Translations under genes and position numbers: made by a program
Shown here: positions 48,307-63,314 of the stretch, one piece after another
Numbering within the stretch: the first letter of the stretch is position 1
Layout of the letters: the number at the start of each line of letters is the position of its first letter
Source: Bispira polyomma
Lineage: Eukaryota
Direction of reading: 5' to 3'
Length of the DNA stretch: 64,000 nucleotides
NCBI GenBank assembly: GCA_965649765.1
Contig: OZ287748.1
Location: forward strand, 76,012,001 to 76,076,000
The notes under the pieces: generated by a model
The model's input: only the letters and a program-made list of their open reading frames with translations
Told to the model about the DNA's origin: nothing
Databases searched by the model: none

Positions 48307-51300
48307 TTTATAACCCTAGTGTTTAACCTATTTCAACCCCTTCTTAAGGATACTATTTGAACATGTCTTGAAACACTCATGTAAATTCTCATATTAATCT
48401 GTTGTAACCACACTAAAGATCTTCTACAAACTTAAAATGTCATCGTTTTTATGATTTGTTTGAATTACAATGGCAAATACATATTTAAACTCCATTTTAG
48501 ATACGTTACTTTAATCTGACTTTAAGTGTTCAGTCCACCCAAACCACTTTCCTTCTGGACATTATAAAGCCTCTATATACTGTTGAATGTTCTAAAGATC
48601 ATCTGTCATTGTCCCCACACTTTTAATCTCCATTATCTGTGAGCGCAGTAAAGGTACTCAAACTCTTACTCATGCTTCTCATGGCAGTAAAACTGCTCCA
48701 ACTCTTGCTCGCATTTGTAGTCACGAACTAGGGGTTAACTTCTAGGAATGGTTAATAGATTTATAATATTTATCACAAATGAAAACGGGTGACATGATAA
48801 CAGACATGACTGAGCTAGGGGGAACCTGGTGCTGATACATGTCAAAAGTGGTGGTATTTGTGATTCCAGAGTGTAAAGGTCTTTATACACTGGTGACTAC
48901 ACTACACGACACTACACAACACCTAACTACAGTGTACGACACTACGACACTGCACTGCAGAACAGTTATATACACACCAAACATGACACAGTACTACATA
49001 ATTCATGTAAAATGAATACATCACCAAAGCTGAGGTCTTTTCTTTGCAGCTATTTGTGCCGTAACAATTTAACAATATGCAACAACACAACGCTTTTTGA
49101 TTTCTCCTATAGTCTTTTCTGTAATTAAATTAAAAAATTAACTTTTTCTTAGTATTTTAGTATAAACTTTTACATCTTTCTTACATGTGTATTTTAATAG
49201 GTGGTTTTATACACTAAAAGTGTATTTCATATTTGGTTAAAAAGGTATGTTTACACAAATAATCAGTATGGTAAATCTATAATGCAGTTTATATGTTTTT
49301 ATTCTGATCTGATCTGTCATCTGTAACTAATCTTGTTTTACTACAATTATACGTTTTGTAATTATACTCTTTTATTGCATGTATATGTTTTACGTAAGCT
49401 TAACTTTAAATAAGGTTACCTCAATATAGTCAGTAACCTTAACTTATATTGTAAAATCTAGAAACATTAACTCACCTTAACTTAATGTCACCTTATTTAA
49501 GATTGCTCTAATGGTGACCTTAACTCTAACATATTAAAGTAGAAACTTAATCTGGTGACCTAAGTTAGTTTACGATGACCACAGACTGTATATAATAGTA
49601 GTCACTCTAAAAAACTAGTAAAAGTAATACTTTTACTAACATGTAAATAAATATTTTATCCCTCAAACTGTCTTATATTTTGATGGTACCTTTACCAACC
49701 TTTTTGGACTTGCCACTGAGCTCCGTACTGTTGATCCATTCACACAAATAACTTTTACAGTTGATTAAAGGGTTAATGAAAGTTTAAGCTTCCAGGCACA
49801 AATTACAATCTTTACGGTAACACTAACTTCTACTGAATTCTCACTAATTTTTACATAGATAAATCTATCACCCTTTACATCATAATTGACTTATACACAG
49901 ATGGGGAATTTGAGACTATAAAACAACAAATAGGCCTATTTATGATGGGGGCTGAGAACAGCTATATTGAGTTCGATGGTTAAATCATAATTTGGTTTCT
50001 GTAACTGATAGAAGTGACTCTATTTTTTAGAGTAAATGGGGTTATGCTATAAAACTGTTCCTGGAAATATGAGCTTATTTGCAGGTAATCCTTCCTGCGT
50101 AGGAGACAAAGAAGAGTTCTCCTTTGTCATTCAAATTTAAGACCCCACAGAGAATTAGGTTTCTTGGTGTATTGCAGTGATGATTGTTCACCATAAGTTT
50201 TGGTTAATCCTCAAAGAACTAAGTTATTTGATGTAAGGCAGCTAGAGGTCTGATCAAGGATTTGGGGAGGGTTTGTATGAAGGGTTTTTAAACTATATAC
50301 ATATTTTTTTATCTAAACATTTGTTCAAATTCTATATAAAAAATATAACTACTTCTACACAGTAAAGATAACATTGCATAAAGACAATATTTCTTTGCAT
50401 GATATGTTTATTACCTATATTAGTTAATTAGTTTCTATAATATCACCATTTGTATTTCTGGTAATAGGTGACTGCATTTACTAGTGTATAGTCTTTTACT
50501 TTAAGTTTTATTTCTTGTACTGTTTAATGTCCGATTCACCTATTTATCAACAGTGTCCCATGATATGTGATTTTGGCCAGAACTGTTGCATTAACCACTG
50601 GTTTAAGACCTGCAAAGAAAACCTTTTGGTTAGACAGTTACTATGGACTGACCACCACAAATGCTCATGGTTTGCATGTCCACTGTATCAACTTGTCCAC
50701 ATTTATTCAAATCTGTAATACTGATCCTGGAGTTTTCTGGGAGTTGTCTTCTAACCTCCATTGCCAGTTTCTGTGTGCAATGCGCAGATGATGTTAATCG
50801 TCTCTCCTTAGTGGCCTGTATTTGTCATGTATTTGTCATTTAATTTTGTCACTTTGTCAACACTACCCAAAGAGACTAGCTGGTAAGTTTTGAGTGATAA
50901 TGTGGTAGAGAAAATTTACCAACTTTCTTTTGATTTAAGATAGTGATTACGTGTTGCTCATAATCTGCAGTCCATAAAGATGTACAGTTTAACACTACAC
51001 TGGAATTTTAAAACCAACTTCCATTTCAATTTATTTTTAAAATGACTCAGGATTGTAGCACAAGAAGGACTTATATATGAAAAAAGTAAAAAAAAGACAC
51101 CCCAAACCAAAATGTCAAAATATTTAATGTTAAGTATAAATTTTTAGATAATAAATTATTAGTGTTCATAAGATCTGTGAATGAAACATATTTTTTCGTA
51201 CATAAGGTTGCCAAAAATATACCACATCACCCATTTCATTAAATATGCCGAGTTGCCCATTTCACGAATTGGGCAATTTTTTTTTAAATGAGCAGTCTTA

Positions 51301-51629
51301 TAGATTGGCTGTAACAAATATACACAAGTCGTGCAAAAGGTTAAGTAGATATTGGTGCAATATATGTTATTTGTAGAGGAGTAAAATAGTATTGATATGT
51401 CACCTTGAATGTAAGATTGATACATTTTTTGTGACGTCATATTAAACATTGTTTACTGTTGTGATGCATTAACACATTTTTTTTTATTATTTATTGGTTG
51501 TATACAGCACGGCCGACAACACATGACAAATAGTGACTGTAATAGTGTCTTATAGCACAAAAGAATTGATTTGTGGGTGCCTTTTAACTTTCAACTTGTG
51601 GGTGCCTTTCAACTTTAAACAACATTTAT

Positions 51630-51950
51630 CATGTTCAGGAATTAATTATTCCTAAAACAGGCAACCCTGATGCAAGATTTTGCTTGTCTGAGGAATAGGT
51701 GAAATATATCACCTTTCAACAATCAGGGATGTCAACAAAAATGAGACCTAAAATAAATATTATATACAATGTAATAATTTAAAATTGTAGACGACAGAAA
51801 ATTGATAACAAATTTGGAAACTATTGTTTAACTCTAACCACACTGGCTGGTTTGTGTATAAACCCATTAGCAAAATATGATATTTCAGCAAATAGATGTA
51901 TTGCCTTACTTTTACCACCAGTTCTTTTGTGGAATCTGACAAGCACTTTT
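51630..51950 (-). pseudogene. TIR-like tail of a further, mostly lost TLR-b copy
   Basis: Aligns to 31560-31890 and contains a GFI..C.LELNN-like segment. Confidence 0.4.
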
Positions 51951-54900
51951 TGATTTACATAATCTAAAGATAAAAAACAAAACACTTGCACATTTTATTT
52001 TGCAGAAACTATTTTGTTTTGGTTTTGATTGAAGAGAGAATTTGATTAACTCTGCACCAGGATACAATAAAGGAGGCGGTAAAAACACCACTTCCTGTTT
52101 TTCTGGGCCAGAAGGACGATTATTTTGTCCTCTTTTAAAGTTTGTGAAGTCTTATTAAGTTTATCTCTCAGCATCTTGATTACATTTACCGTGTTAGATC
52201 AATATGTCAAGCTGTCTGTAACGTTATTAAGCCAACAACTATTGGGCTAAAGAAACATAAGTGTAAATCGAAAGTTCGAGAGATTTTCTCTAGAAATATA
52301 TAGCTGTCAACATAGGCTTCAGCATCAGTTTAAATGGTTTTAAAACTTCCTTACTGACTTCCAATTCAGTTTAGAAGATTGTTTAAAATTATTACTATAT
52401 ATTTGTTTTTTCGCCCCTATTGTTTTACTCCCAGAGGTTGAAATCAAACGTCTACATCATTCTATGTTCCAAAACTAATGTAAATCGTAGTTTTACGGTA
52501 TCTGCACCAAAGTCATTGAACTTACTGGTTACCCGAAAACATCAACAAAATTGACAGTTGGACATTATTCTGAAAAAAAGCTATGGACTCATTAGAAAAG
52601 CATTCTGTTACTTCAGGTCTTGTAGAAACCAATCAATGGTCTCAATTACTACTAAACCAGGATTTTGATTTTGCGTCTTAGAATCCGCCAGTACGTAGAG
52701 TAAGTGCTATTACAGAATTGATTAGCTTAGATTAGAATTGTGATCAGCAGTTAGATTTTTGGTTTATATATATATATATATATATGGTCCATTTACCATT
52801 GCCAGTCAGAAATCATGTGATGATCAGAAAGGTTTATAAACATTTTCATACTTAATAATAATTAAATGGGGTGGCTATATATATGTGTGTATCAGATACA
52901 AATTAGAGCTACCACATTCCACTGATCATCTGACCAAAAGTCAATATAAGATGACCTAAACCTTTAACATTTGCAAAATGTGAGCTTGTCTGCAGAACTG
53001 CATCGGAGTGTAGAAGTGATTGTTGGCCTCAAGATATATTTTTGAATGGAAGTTTATTCTTGACACGGTAAACTTATGTACAGGGGAAAACTGCATCGCA
53101 TTACGTCCCACATGTAATTTAAATATATATATTGTACCTCTGCAAAGGAAGCTATATTTCTATTGGTTTGTTTGTTACTGGGAGAACACAAAAAACATGA
53201 AATGTTGTGATAGATGAGGCAGGACAGAATCTAGTAAATGTTGGAGCAGAGCTGGGTAGAAGGGTTAAAAATTTAAAAATTTATCTCTTCAAAACTTGCT
53301 TACTACTCTTAATTTTCTCCCTTTGGACCCCCATATCCTTCCTTATGACCTGGCTTTTTGACATATTAATTGGCTATTTGATTCTGCTGTTGCAGTTTAG
53401 AAAATGCTTCGCATCAATACGGCGCATTGAAAAAATGCAAAATACAATTCATATACCTTCTTTGACCGTGGGGCCTTGGTAGAGGTATACGCTTTTCTGA
53501 GTGCTCTTCTAGTCTGTTCTTATAGTATATACCCAAGAACATTACTAACTACAATATATGCAGACGTTGCATGCAGCAACTTGTTTTACTTTAATGGTTA
53601 TGAAAGTGTTTTTTGTTTCAAAATACTGAAAAAAATATATTCCAGTGGCAGTAAAATACTGTGATAAATTACACAGATAATTAACTCCCTCTATTTTGTT
53701 TTCCAATATATTTTGCTAATGTATTGAAAAAAAACTGCTCTAAAAAGAAAATTAAACTGTACTTCTATTTGTCAGATATATTCTTTAACTCTTTGATTAT
53801 TTGAAATAGACTATTTCATGACTAAATTATGATATCTGTACTTATATATGTAATGTTATGGTCTTTAAAGTCTTTTTAACGCCCCCGATGAAGAAAATAC
53901 CGATAAATAATGGGATCTCAAAACTTCTACATATAGTTGTTTACGACAAATGCAAGGTTGATAGAAGGGCTTAGGTCCTGTAATGGTTTGTATATTACAA
54001 TATCTACATTTATGAATTAATTTCATATTACATCTATTATTGAGATCTCACAGGGGGGGGGGGGGGGGGGGGCACAAACTGTAAATAACATCACAAAAAC
54101 ATCAACCTTAATTACCTGCAAAAAACATGTTTGTAATTGGACATTCCGATCACATCATTTGAAACCGGAATGCTTTAGAGAGGACTATGTTCTTAAATCC
54201 ACATTAACCCCCTCCAATCTCCCTGACCTAAACAGCCAACCCTCTTGTGTAAATCCCCGCTGTGTAGCCTCCTGATTACAATGCATCAATGTCTAAATCT
54301 GATCTAGGACAAGGACCAACAATTGTGTGTTGACACCACCTGAATGTAAATAGCACTGTAAATCGATTTGTGTTGATTTGTTAAGCTGGTCTCCCTACCC
54401 TTAAATCTGGATGACCTTGTCTGTACTTTGTCCATTGTTGATTTGGCCAAACACTGGCGACATTTTTTCACTGATAGAAGAGAGATGCCTAGTTACAGAA
54501 AGTGCAAAGTTTGTAAAATAATCATATTATCGCTCATCACTAAAATACTACAACTGTTTTTGGAACAATTGGTATAATTCAAAGACTCAACTTTTAGTAG
54601 AATCCACAATGTGGTGATTCCAAGGCGAAAATCTTCGAACCTCGCTTTGGGGGCTAGGGTTCTGATTCAAGGGCGTGAATAAAGCAAACCCTTGGGCGTC
54701 TGGGGAATGGGGCCACAGCTCTTCTATTATGCAAACCCAACCGGATGGACGACTGACGTCGCAGCTGGTGGCTCCAAGCAAATCTAAATCAAGAGGGGGG
54801 TTGTCTTTGATTTCAGATGTTTATTCCCTACTCTACAGAGTTACTCACGTATATGGAGTAATACAAACAGCCAATCAGTCAGTTCCCAAAACCCCACTAC

Positions 54901-57900
54901 TTCAGTAATGACAACACCGATAAACCACTTTGGATGTCAATGGTTGGGTTAAGTTTGACTAAAGGATGTTCAAAAAATTGTGACAATGGTGTACAGAGTT
55001 TTCCCTTTTCAATTGTATATATACCTCGCTGGTTGATAGAACAACACTATCAATTTTATAGTTCCATCTACATTTCAAGTAGCAAAAGGTCTTTGGCTAT
55101 AAAACCTCTGTCTGGTTTTCAGAAATGGTGACTTTGCTAAGACAGGGGCTGAAGTGTGTTTTAGAGTACATACAATGTCTTGTTGTCGTTTTTGGTAGAA
55201 TCAACTCTCCTGATCACAAATATAAACGATGCCACTCTATATGGCAATTATGTGCATGTAGAAGCTCATACAATTTGTTAATGGCAGGTTGTAAATACAC
55301 TGCATTTGTTCAAATTATTTCTTTGTAAACAGTATAGTTACCATTTGTACATGCATTTTCTGAGAATACTTCATGGTGTAAAATTGACATAACTTAGGTC
55401 ATGCATGCACAATACTACAACCACATCATTAATTTTTTCGTTTAGCATCTATAACATCAGATAGAATGTAAATATCCAATTAAAACATCTAGTTTTATTG
55501 ACACTAATAAGGACTTTTGCTTTACCTCATTTTAGTTAAAGCTTTAAAAAATAGTAAAATCACCATTTTCCAGCTACACTACTACTTGTTGATAATACAT
55601 GACTGTTCATTGCAATTGTAGGGAGATTGAACGTGGAAATGAGAAATTTAAAGTAGGTTTACTGACGTGTTGTTTTTACTGAAAAAAATTGATCAAAACT
55701 AGGTCACACTTCCGTTCTCCAGTTTGTGAAAAAAACCACCCACTGCAGTCTCTAAAAGTGTAGTGAGTTTTAGGTTGAACAAAAACTAGTGCTGCTTGAC
55801 CCATTTTATTGACCAATTTCAGTACACACATAATATATAATGTTAAAAGTTTATCAATGGCAACACTGCTGGACGATTTAAGATATAATAAAAAAATATA
55901 ATGTATGACTTGTACAAAATGGTAGGTTGGTGGTAAATATTTTTTTTCTTGTCTAGTTTATGGCTTTCAGTTCAATTGTAAAAGCATCACCGTAAAAAGG
56001 TTTTAATTCTAATGGACAAATGTATAAAATACATTAGTCCTTATCTGCATATGTAAAATAACAATCAGTAATAAATGACAGGAGTTAACTAGACTTGTCC
56101 ACATCTGTATGACCAACAAAGTATGTCCGCACAGAAGGGGGAGGTACCATTCTTTTATGCGAATGCGGAAGGAAGTGTCATCATTTCATTGTTATAGCTG
56201 TGCTTGGAGAGAGATGTAGTTGTATAGAAATCAGGACTTGCAAATCTAATCATGAATTATTTTTTTGGGGGGTTTAATGGGTTTTAGAATGTTGTCTATC
56301 ATAGAATATGTTATATTAGATAATAATATTAATTGTTATATAGATAAAATCTGAAAAAAAAAACAATAGGGATACAGATAAGGATAAGTGTGGCAATAAA
56401 GTATAGATACGGATGTGGATAAGGGTACGGATGTGGATAAGGATACGGATGCGGGTAAGGATACTGATGCCAATACTGATACAGATGAGTGTATTTCTAC
56501 CCTAATAAGTAATGTCTGTTGTTGGCAGTGGTGACCTAAAAGTGGAGTGAGTTGAAGGTGAAGTTTAGGTCAAGTTCAGTTTTTGTTGCAGTTAGGTTGA
56601 AGAAAAATAAATGCTGTTCGAGGAATTTTATTTACAAATTTCAATTTTTGAAATGTTAGCAGTATACTGCAGTACAAAAATTACAACTTCATTTTGAGCC
56701 TTACAATTAGACCATGTCCCATATCTTTTGGTAATAAATGATTCCACCAATGTTTCCTGCCTTTACCAGCCTTCCCATCAGTTGACCACGCCTATGGATA
56801 TGCATAATATGCTTCTAGGTAGATCCCATTTTGATATGCGGCCAGCAATAATCCAGGCATTACGGAGGCCTAACGTATCTGCCAAATTAATGTGCCCAGT
56901 TTTAGGACTTAATGATCTATAATTAGAGGCAGTCGAAGTGACCAAAGGTCATATTTTGGTAATATTTTGCATGATGATATTTTGCATGCAGATATAAATC
57001 TTATGGTGCTTAGTATAACCAATAGCTTGGAACAGTGGATAAAGGATATATATGTAGGTTTTCCATTTAGTGACCATTCTAATAATTCTATAGGTATAAC
57101 TTATACTAAAGTTTGTCCATAGATTGGTTGAAGAACAATTGGTACTTGACTAACACATCTCTCCACCATATCATTTATAAAATAGATTCCTATACTTGTG
57201 TTTAGCAAGCCACAACTATGTAACAAAAAAAATACAATGTGATAGAATTTTAAGTACATCAGTGTTGATGTGACTGAAATTAATTTACCAGGGACCGTAT
57301 TCACAAAATGTGTGTTACTCTTAACTTAGTCTCAAACTTGACATTTACGTCAAAAATAGTTAATACGGTCCCTGGAATTTTAAGGCTGTTTCCTTTTTAG
57401 CTTCATGCGAATGCTGTGTATGTATAAAATAAATCATTTAAACGATTTACCTACACTATATTATAGCATATACACTGATTAAAAGTATATACATGCACTC
57501 TGTATGTTTAGAAATGTATAAAACTTGTGCTTTAAAATTACCATTTTGTTTTTCATTTCTTCCTTTAGATTAAGGGTTGGAGATAATCTCTTTCTCCATG
57601 AAAACATCAACCCCTAATAGATCATGCTTCAAAGACAACTCCCTGGGTAGTTTAAAAGCCTTGTGCCGGGAGCATTTCATTGCTGGCATATTTGGTGTGA
57701 ATCGAATTACTTGTAAACAGCTTTTTGATGGGGTTAGCCTTGTTTTAGTGAATTTATGAATGTTGTTCCAGTGCAGTAGGGTTTAAAACCCTGGAATATG
57801 AGGGCCCCCTTGTCTATGTACAAATAATGACCCCAAACACTGGGTTACTATTTATAGCCAACATTTGGCTGTGAAGAAAGAGAATATGTCTTGTGTATTG

Positions 57901-60900
57901 ATACTGTACTTATCTTTTGTCAAAATAGTGAGCTGAAAGTGGTAATGTTAACATGCCCCATTATTATTTTAGCAAAAACTGTATTTACATTATTTGTTTC
58001 CTCAGCCAAGGAGGCTAGGTTTTTGTCTAGTTCCATTGCCTTGTTTGTTTATTTGTTTGGTGCCAGAATTAAACCAAAAAAAACCCAACAAACCCCCGAC
58101 ATACATGAAATTTTGCGGAGAGGTGGGGCACGAGTCAAAGTAGAATGAAATAAACTTTAGAGTGGATCCGGGTAAAATACCAGATCCAGGATTTTGAAAA
58201 ACACTTAAACACCTTGTTTTACACACAATTATGAGACACCAAGGACTAACTGCTCATTTAGCTGAATTTTCCCAGTTGTGAAAGATTTATTTGGGGTTAA
58301 GAAATAACTTCCTGGCCAAAGGTACTAAATTTTACTTCTTAGATGATAACATGTGTACCTCATTGCAAATCTTTGTCACACATACTTTTCCAATATGGTT
58401 TTAAATAGCCTACTGAATCTATTTGGATGTATATAAAATTTGGCGGAGGGATGGGGCATGCATTAAGGAAAAGTCTATTAGGTTTAGGAACATATCAGGG
58501 TAGAACGGCGGATCACAGAAGTGTTCATTTGTTGACACAATTGGCAGCTTCGACGAAGGTTTGCTCTATGTAAATGTAAAGTGTGTGTGGGTTTAATGTC
58601 TGATATCACCTCTAGTAAGGTCTCAGCCGACATAACAGTTTACGCCCCAGCCTGGGTTCTTCCACTTGTCAACCAATTCTTTAGTCTCAGCTCCCTTAGC
58701 AAGCATACTAGCCGTGCTGCCACATACAGCGCACAAAGACTAACATCCATTAACGGCCAGGTACCCATTTTTACACCTTGGTAGAGAGGGACAACTTTGT
58801 GTTGTCCAAGGGTACAATCTCCAGGCCAGCAGCGAGGATCGAACTGGGGCTCTCAGATCACTATAACCGCTATGCCACAGAGTATACACTCCCTTTTAAT
58901 AATACTACTATTGGTAGACCATTTAACTAATAAAACTGTAACTAAGCTAATTAAACCCAGGGGCAAATTGTTGTAACCTGAATTAATATTCATAATGGCT
59001 TGGTAAATTCCCTCTAATATCCTGCTGTCGGGATAAACAAAGATAAAATCAATGATTGGTGACGTCATTTTTTTGTACTTTCCATTGTGCACCCCACGGC
59101 AAATGTTGCTGAAACATGGATTTCACATCTTATTATGATGGGGGGTTTCCATTAAGTAATTTGGCTTTAGACAAAAGTGACATTTAAAAGAAAGACCCTT
59201 TTTTCTTTCACTATTTTTTTTTGTTACTTGCGGGATATAGAAAAAACTGAAACGTGATCATGGACATAGTGAGAATACAAAACAACTGTGGCCTAGTGGG
59301 TACATTTACTTAAGCTCCGGTCTTATTGAGATAAATGTTGGCAGTATTCTTTGCATCCAGCATATCCTGGTTTGTGGACGAAAGACTACCTCAAATCCTT
59401 ACCAATCCCCCTTTCCGACACTGCCACAAAGTTTTGACGTCTTCCCAAACAATCTAGAATGAAACAGTGACGGACCTGCTACAAAAGTCACACATATCTC
59501 CACTAACACCACTAATAAAAAACGAAGACATAACAAACACTAACAAATACCTAATACCTCACCAAACATTTCAAAACTTTCGTAGCAGCATGAATAATGC
59601 TCATGTATATCAACAAAGAGTTCCGAAGTGCTCCAGATGTAGGCGAGAATCATGAAACAAAGTTGAAAAGTATATGTGCACTCAATAATCAATACAAAGA
59701 CCATTATAGTGCATTTGTAATGGCCATCTGTGTAAAGGAGAAATAGGTATTAGGAATGTTAAGGATCTAGGTTCGATCCCGCCTCGGTACAGGTAGATAC
59801 AGAGTGGCTTGGATGACCATTTCCTGTCATCTGTCAATGCGTCCTATCCCCAGTGGTGGGTTAAAGAAGATGATAAAGGGTGATTCTACAGGGAAGATTT
59901 GAGATTTAATTAATAATAGCAAGGATTATAAACCATATGTGATATGGACAGCATTATGAAACAAAGCCCTACATCCCAAAAAGGGAAGACCAATCCTAAA
60001 TCCACTTTTCTACCTGGATCTGCTCTAAATTTAATGCCTCATTCCTTGGTCCCAACTCTCCCGCTTTCTTATAAATTAGTTTTTGTTTACTCTGCGTGAC
60101 AAACAAACCAACCAACAGAACCAGATAAAACATAACACCCTCTTGACAAAGGTAATACAAACACTGCTTTACAATTAAAAAATATGGTAGTTGATATTGA
60201 AATTGTGTAAATATAACCCACAAGTGACTCAGTACATGCAATATGCCCTAGATTACCGAACAATAAAAAGAAAAAAGATAGTAGGGATTTTCCATTAAAC
60301 AGCCGGTTTCACTACTAGAGTTTCATTCAAATCCTCTGCACTTCTGCGATTTCTAATTGCGTAATGGCAAAGGTTTTCTTCCCCCCATACCCGTCCTCCC
60401 CCTACTCTACTGCATTAGTGTGTGTTGTGACAACTCAGCCTATCACCACCCCAAAATACAACTACATTAATGTAGACATGTTGGCTAATGAAAAAACCAA
60501 ATGCCAAGGACCTTGATGTTAGATGTAGTATCTTATAGACTGTCACTGTGGTTTTAACTTTTTGTTTTTGTGTTGTGTTTTCTGCAGTGACAAACATTGG
60601 TGCGGCCTGATTAAATTACACCTCTCAACTGTTGTATTAATATGAGAGTTATTATTTATAGGAAACATTTATTTCCCCAACACTTATTATCGCTCATTGA
60701 ATGCATTCGTTTGTCACATGATTGCGTACTGTACCAGCTGAAAATCACCAGTTGGAGAAGGATAAATTATAAACAGACTATTACAATATGATAGAGGATC
60801 ATTGTTTTAAACATAAATGACTTAAAAGGTTTTATATAATGAATTTGATGTATTATATTTATTGTGTATTATACTATCATATTTCTGGAATCTATAAATA

Positions 60901-63136
60901 GACAGCTGTATAACCCTCATTAACAGTCTAGATTGAACAACTCAATGGAAATTCTAGTGATCTGATTGGCTTTAAATAATTAAATGAATCCATTATATAG
61001 CACTAAACTGCTTGTAATACAGTTGTCTGAGTTCCTTGATCTCCAGGAAGCACATGTCCTGTAATGTACTGGTCGTCCTGAGTAGGTGAAAATGTGTTCT
61101 GACTTTCTGTTTCCTCTGAGTTTTCCCACCATGAGGGCTGGATCTAGAGCTTTCTCAATCGCTGCCCCTATGCTATGGAATGGTCTCGCAGTTGAGCTTA
61201 GATCACTAAAAACACTTTTTGTGATTGAGAGAAAACGTACACACATCATTCCTTAATACTGTGGCTATGTGTTTGGATTTTTCGATTGGTTAATTGATTC
61301 TGTTTAGTACTTTAGAAGCTGCCTCACATCTATAAGGCATGTTAAAAAGGCAAAATACAACAAAATACAATCTTGGAAAAGAATGTTATCGTCCAATGAC
61401 CACAGTGACTTCTCTGACAGTTGTATCAGAGACCTTGCAATGATTAATTCCCTTACTAGGACATAAGAGCACACTTGCGGGTATAGGCCTCTATGTCCAC
61501 ACTGACCAATTTATATACACTGCTTTCCCTTTTCCGACTGTGAAGCACTATATTATCACAGCTGTTTATTTATTATGGTCTCCCGTGGCCTAGTGGTTAA
61601 AGGGTTGGTGATAAGGTCTCCGGTTCAACTCCAAGTAATACCATAGTGGTTACTGGAGATATAACATCCTTGGGCAAGATGTGAACATGCCATAGGAATG
61701 GAAGGAACAAGAAACAACCACCTTAGGGGAGGGGTTAATCAATTTAGCGATATATAAATACTTCAAATATTGAAATCCTAGTCTCTTCTTATTAAAGACA
61801 AGTTGATTAAGTCACATTACCTTTCGTTCGTCACCGTGACCTTTAAGCAACATTAGCATCCTTTAAACCTCTCAGATAGCTGTTATTCTCTGATAATCTT
61901 AAGCTCTGCTAGTTTTTACGATATTAATGTGTCTAATATACATATTACACATTTTTCTTCTGATATTTACTGCTTGTATAGCTCACAATTTGTAACTAGA
62001 AGATGCTCAGTAGAGCTCATACCTTCACCAAGGTGCAACAGTGCCAAAACTTGAACAAAATCCTGGATCCGCTCTTATACCCGATTAACCTTGACCATTT
62101 ACAATATTCTGACCTGTACATGCTCGATCGCATCGACAACATAACCTCCTTTTCTGAGATAAGCTATAATATATTAGTGGGAACAACTAAAATGAAAACA
62201 CTACCTAAGCTTTTGTGAAAGAAGTTTGAAAAAACTACTTACAAGAATTTAGCAAAAATACTATGGACAGCAAGTAAAAAAAGAAGTTTCAATTAGTTTT
62301 AAATTATTCTTAAACTAAAGTTTTTTTGTGTGGATTATTTAAAACTACTTACTGCTGATCTTGGTATCTAACAACACAGTGAACACTAAGAAAGATATTT
62401 TAAAATATTGCTAAGAATAACACAAAAACCTTTTGGTCAAATGCTCACACTAAAAATATCAGGTTTGAGACTAAGACTTGACTGAAACCCTTTCAAAATT
62501 ACCACCCCACGTTTTACATAATCTGCACAATACGTTTAAGCCCCCCACATAAGAATCTGTTAAAGGGTTCTTGCACAAAAACAACATTTAGCTTGTAAGA
62601 AAAGGGTTCGTGGGCGGAATGGTGACATTATGATCAATCAGGCGTTCTTACAAGTCACCTCCTTTTGACAAATTATTTCCAATTTCTTTCCCCATAACCG
62701 CTATAAATATCTCAGACACGCCAGCCATCAAGTCCAAGTCTATTGTGATGTCAGGTGATCTCTATTCTTAACTCAATTATTGAAAAGTTTCAACAGAAAG
62801 TGGTGGTTAATAAGCTTGACCAAATATATTAGTGCCTAAAAATGCACTCTCATATTAGTAAGACACTTTTTGGAAATAATGTATGTTATTTTACATTTAG
62901 ATTATATAGAAAATAAAATAGTTAGCCAAACAGTTTCAAACAACAGCTTCTTTCTGGTGCTTCAATAAAGCTATTGAGTTGATTTCTAGAACCAAAATAA
63001 AGATACCTTAAAAGTAATAGAAAAACAATCTCTCAGGCACAAATTTGAGAACTAGTAACTAGTTTGTGTACATGTTAGTGTGTATTTGTCTTCAAAAGTG
63101 AAGGATTAGTTATTACAAATCAGTATTCATTCCATG

Positions 63137-63314
63137 TTAGTGACCATAAATGTGGATTCGCAGCCTGTCAGTGACAGATTAGTGACCATAAGTGAGGATA
63201 TGCAGCATGTCAGGGACAGATTAGTGACCATAAGTGAGGATATGCAGCATGTCAGGGACAGATTAGTGACCATAAGTGTGGATATGCAGCATGTTAGTGA
63301 CCATAAGTGTTAGT
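63137..63314. repeat. 42-bp tandem repeat (~4 copies)
   Basis: Unit ttagtgaccataagtgaggatatgcagcatgtcagggacaga. Confidence 0.92.

Larger units (their letters stand above)
41300..51550 (-). pseudogene. Toll-like receptor-like pseudogene a (unit B), TIR region interrupted by element 2
   Basis: LRR remnants LDQTSSCLTSNNLVL*GLTK, VLNLND and NKL..ISRNSF at ~50050-50260. Homologous to 29195-31470. Confidence 0.5.
31550..51950. repeat. Tandem segmental duplication, unit B (expanded by LINE, two YR elements and smaller inserts) plus the edge of a third unit
   Basis: Same collinear matches as for unit A. Confidence 0.85.

Noticed and set aside
50661-50843. RT fragment (CADD)
   Set aside because: A single motif-like word with no other RT motifs nearby.
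63137-63314. CRISPR-like array
   Set aside because: Units are near-identical tandem copies without unique spacers, there are no cas genes, and the context is eukaryotic.
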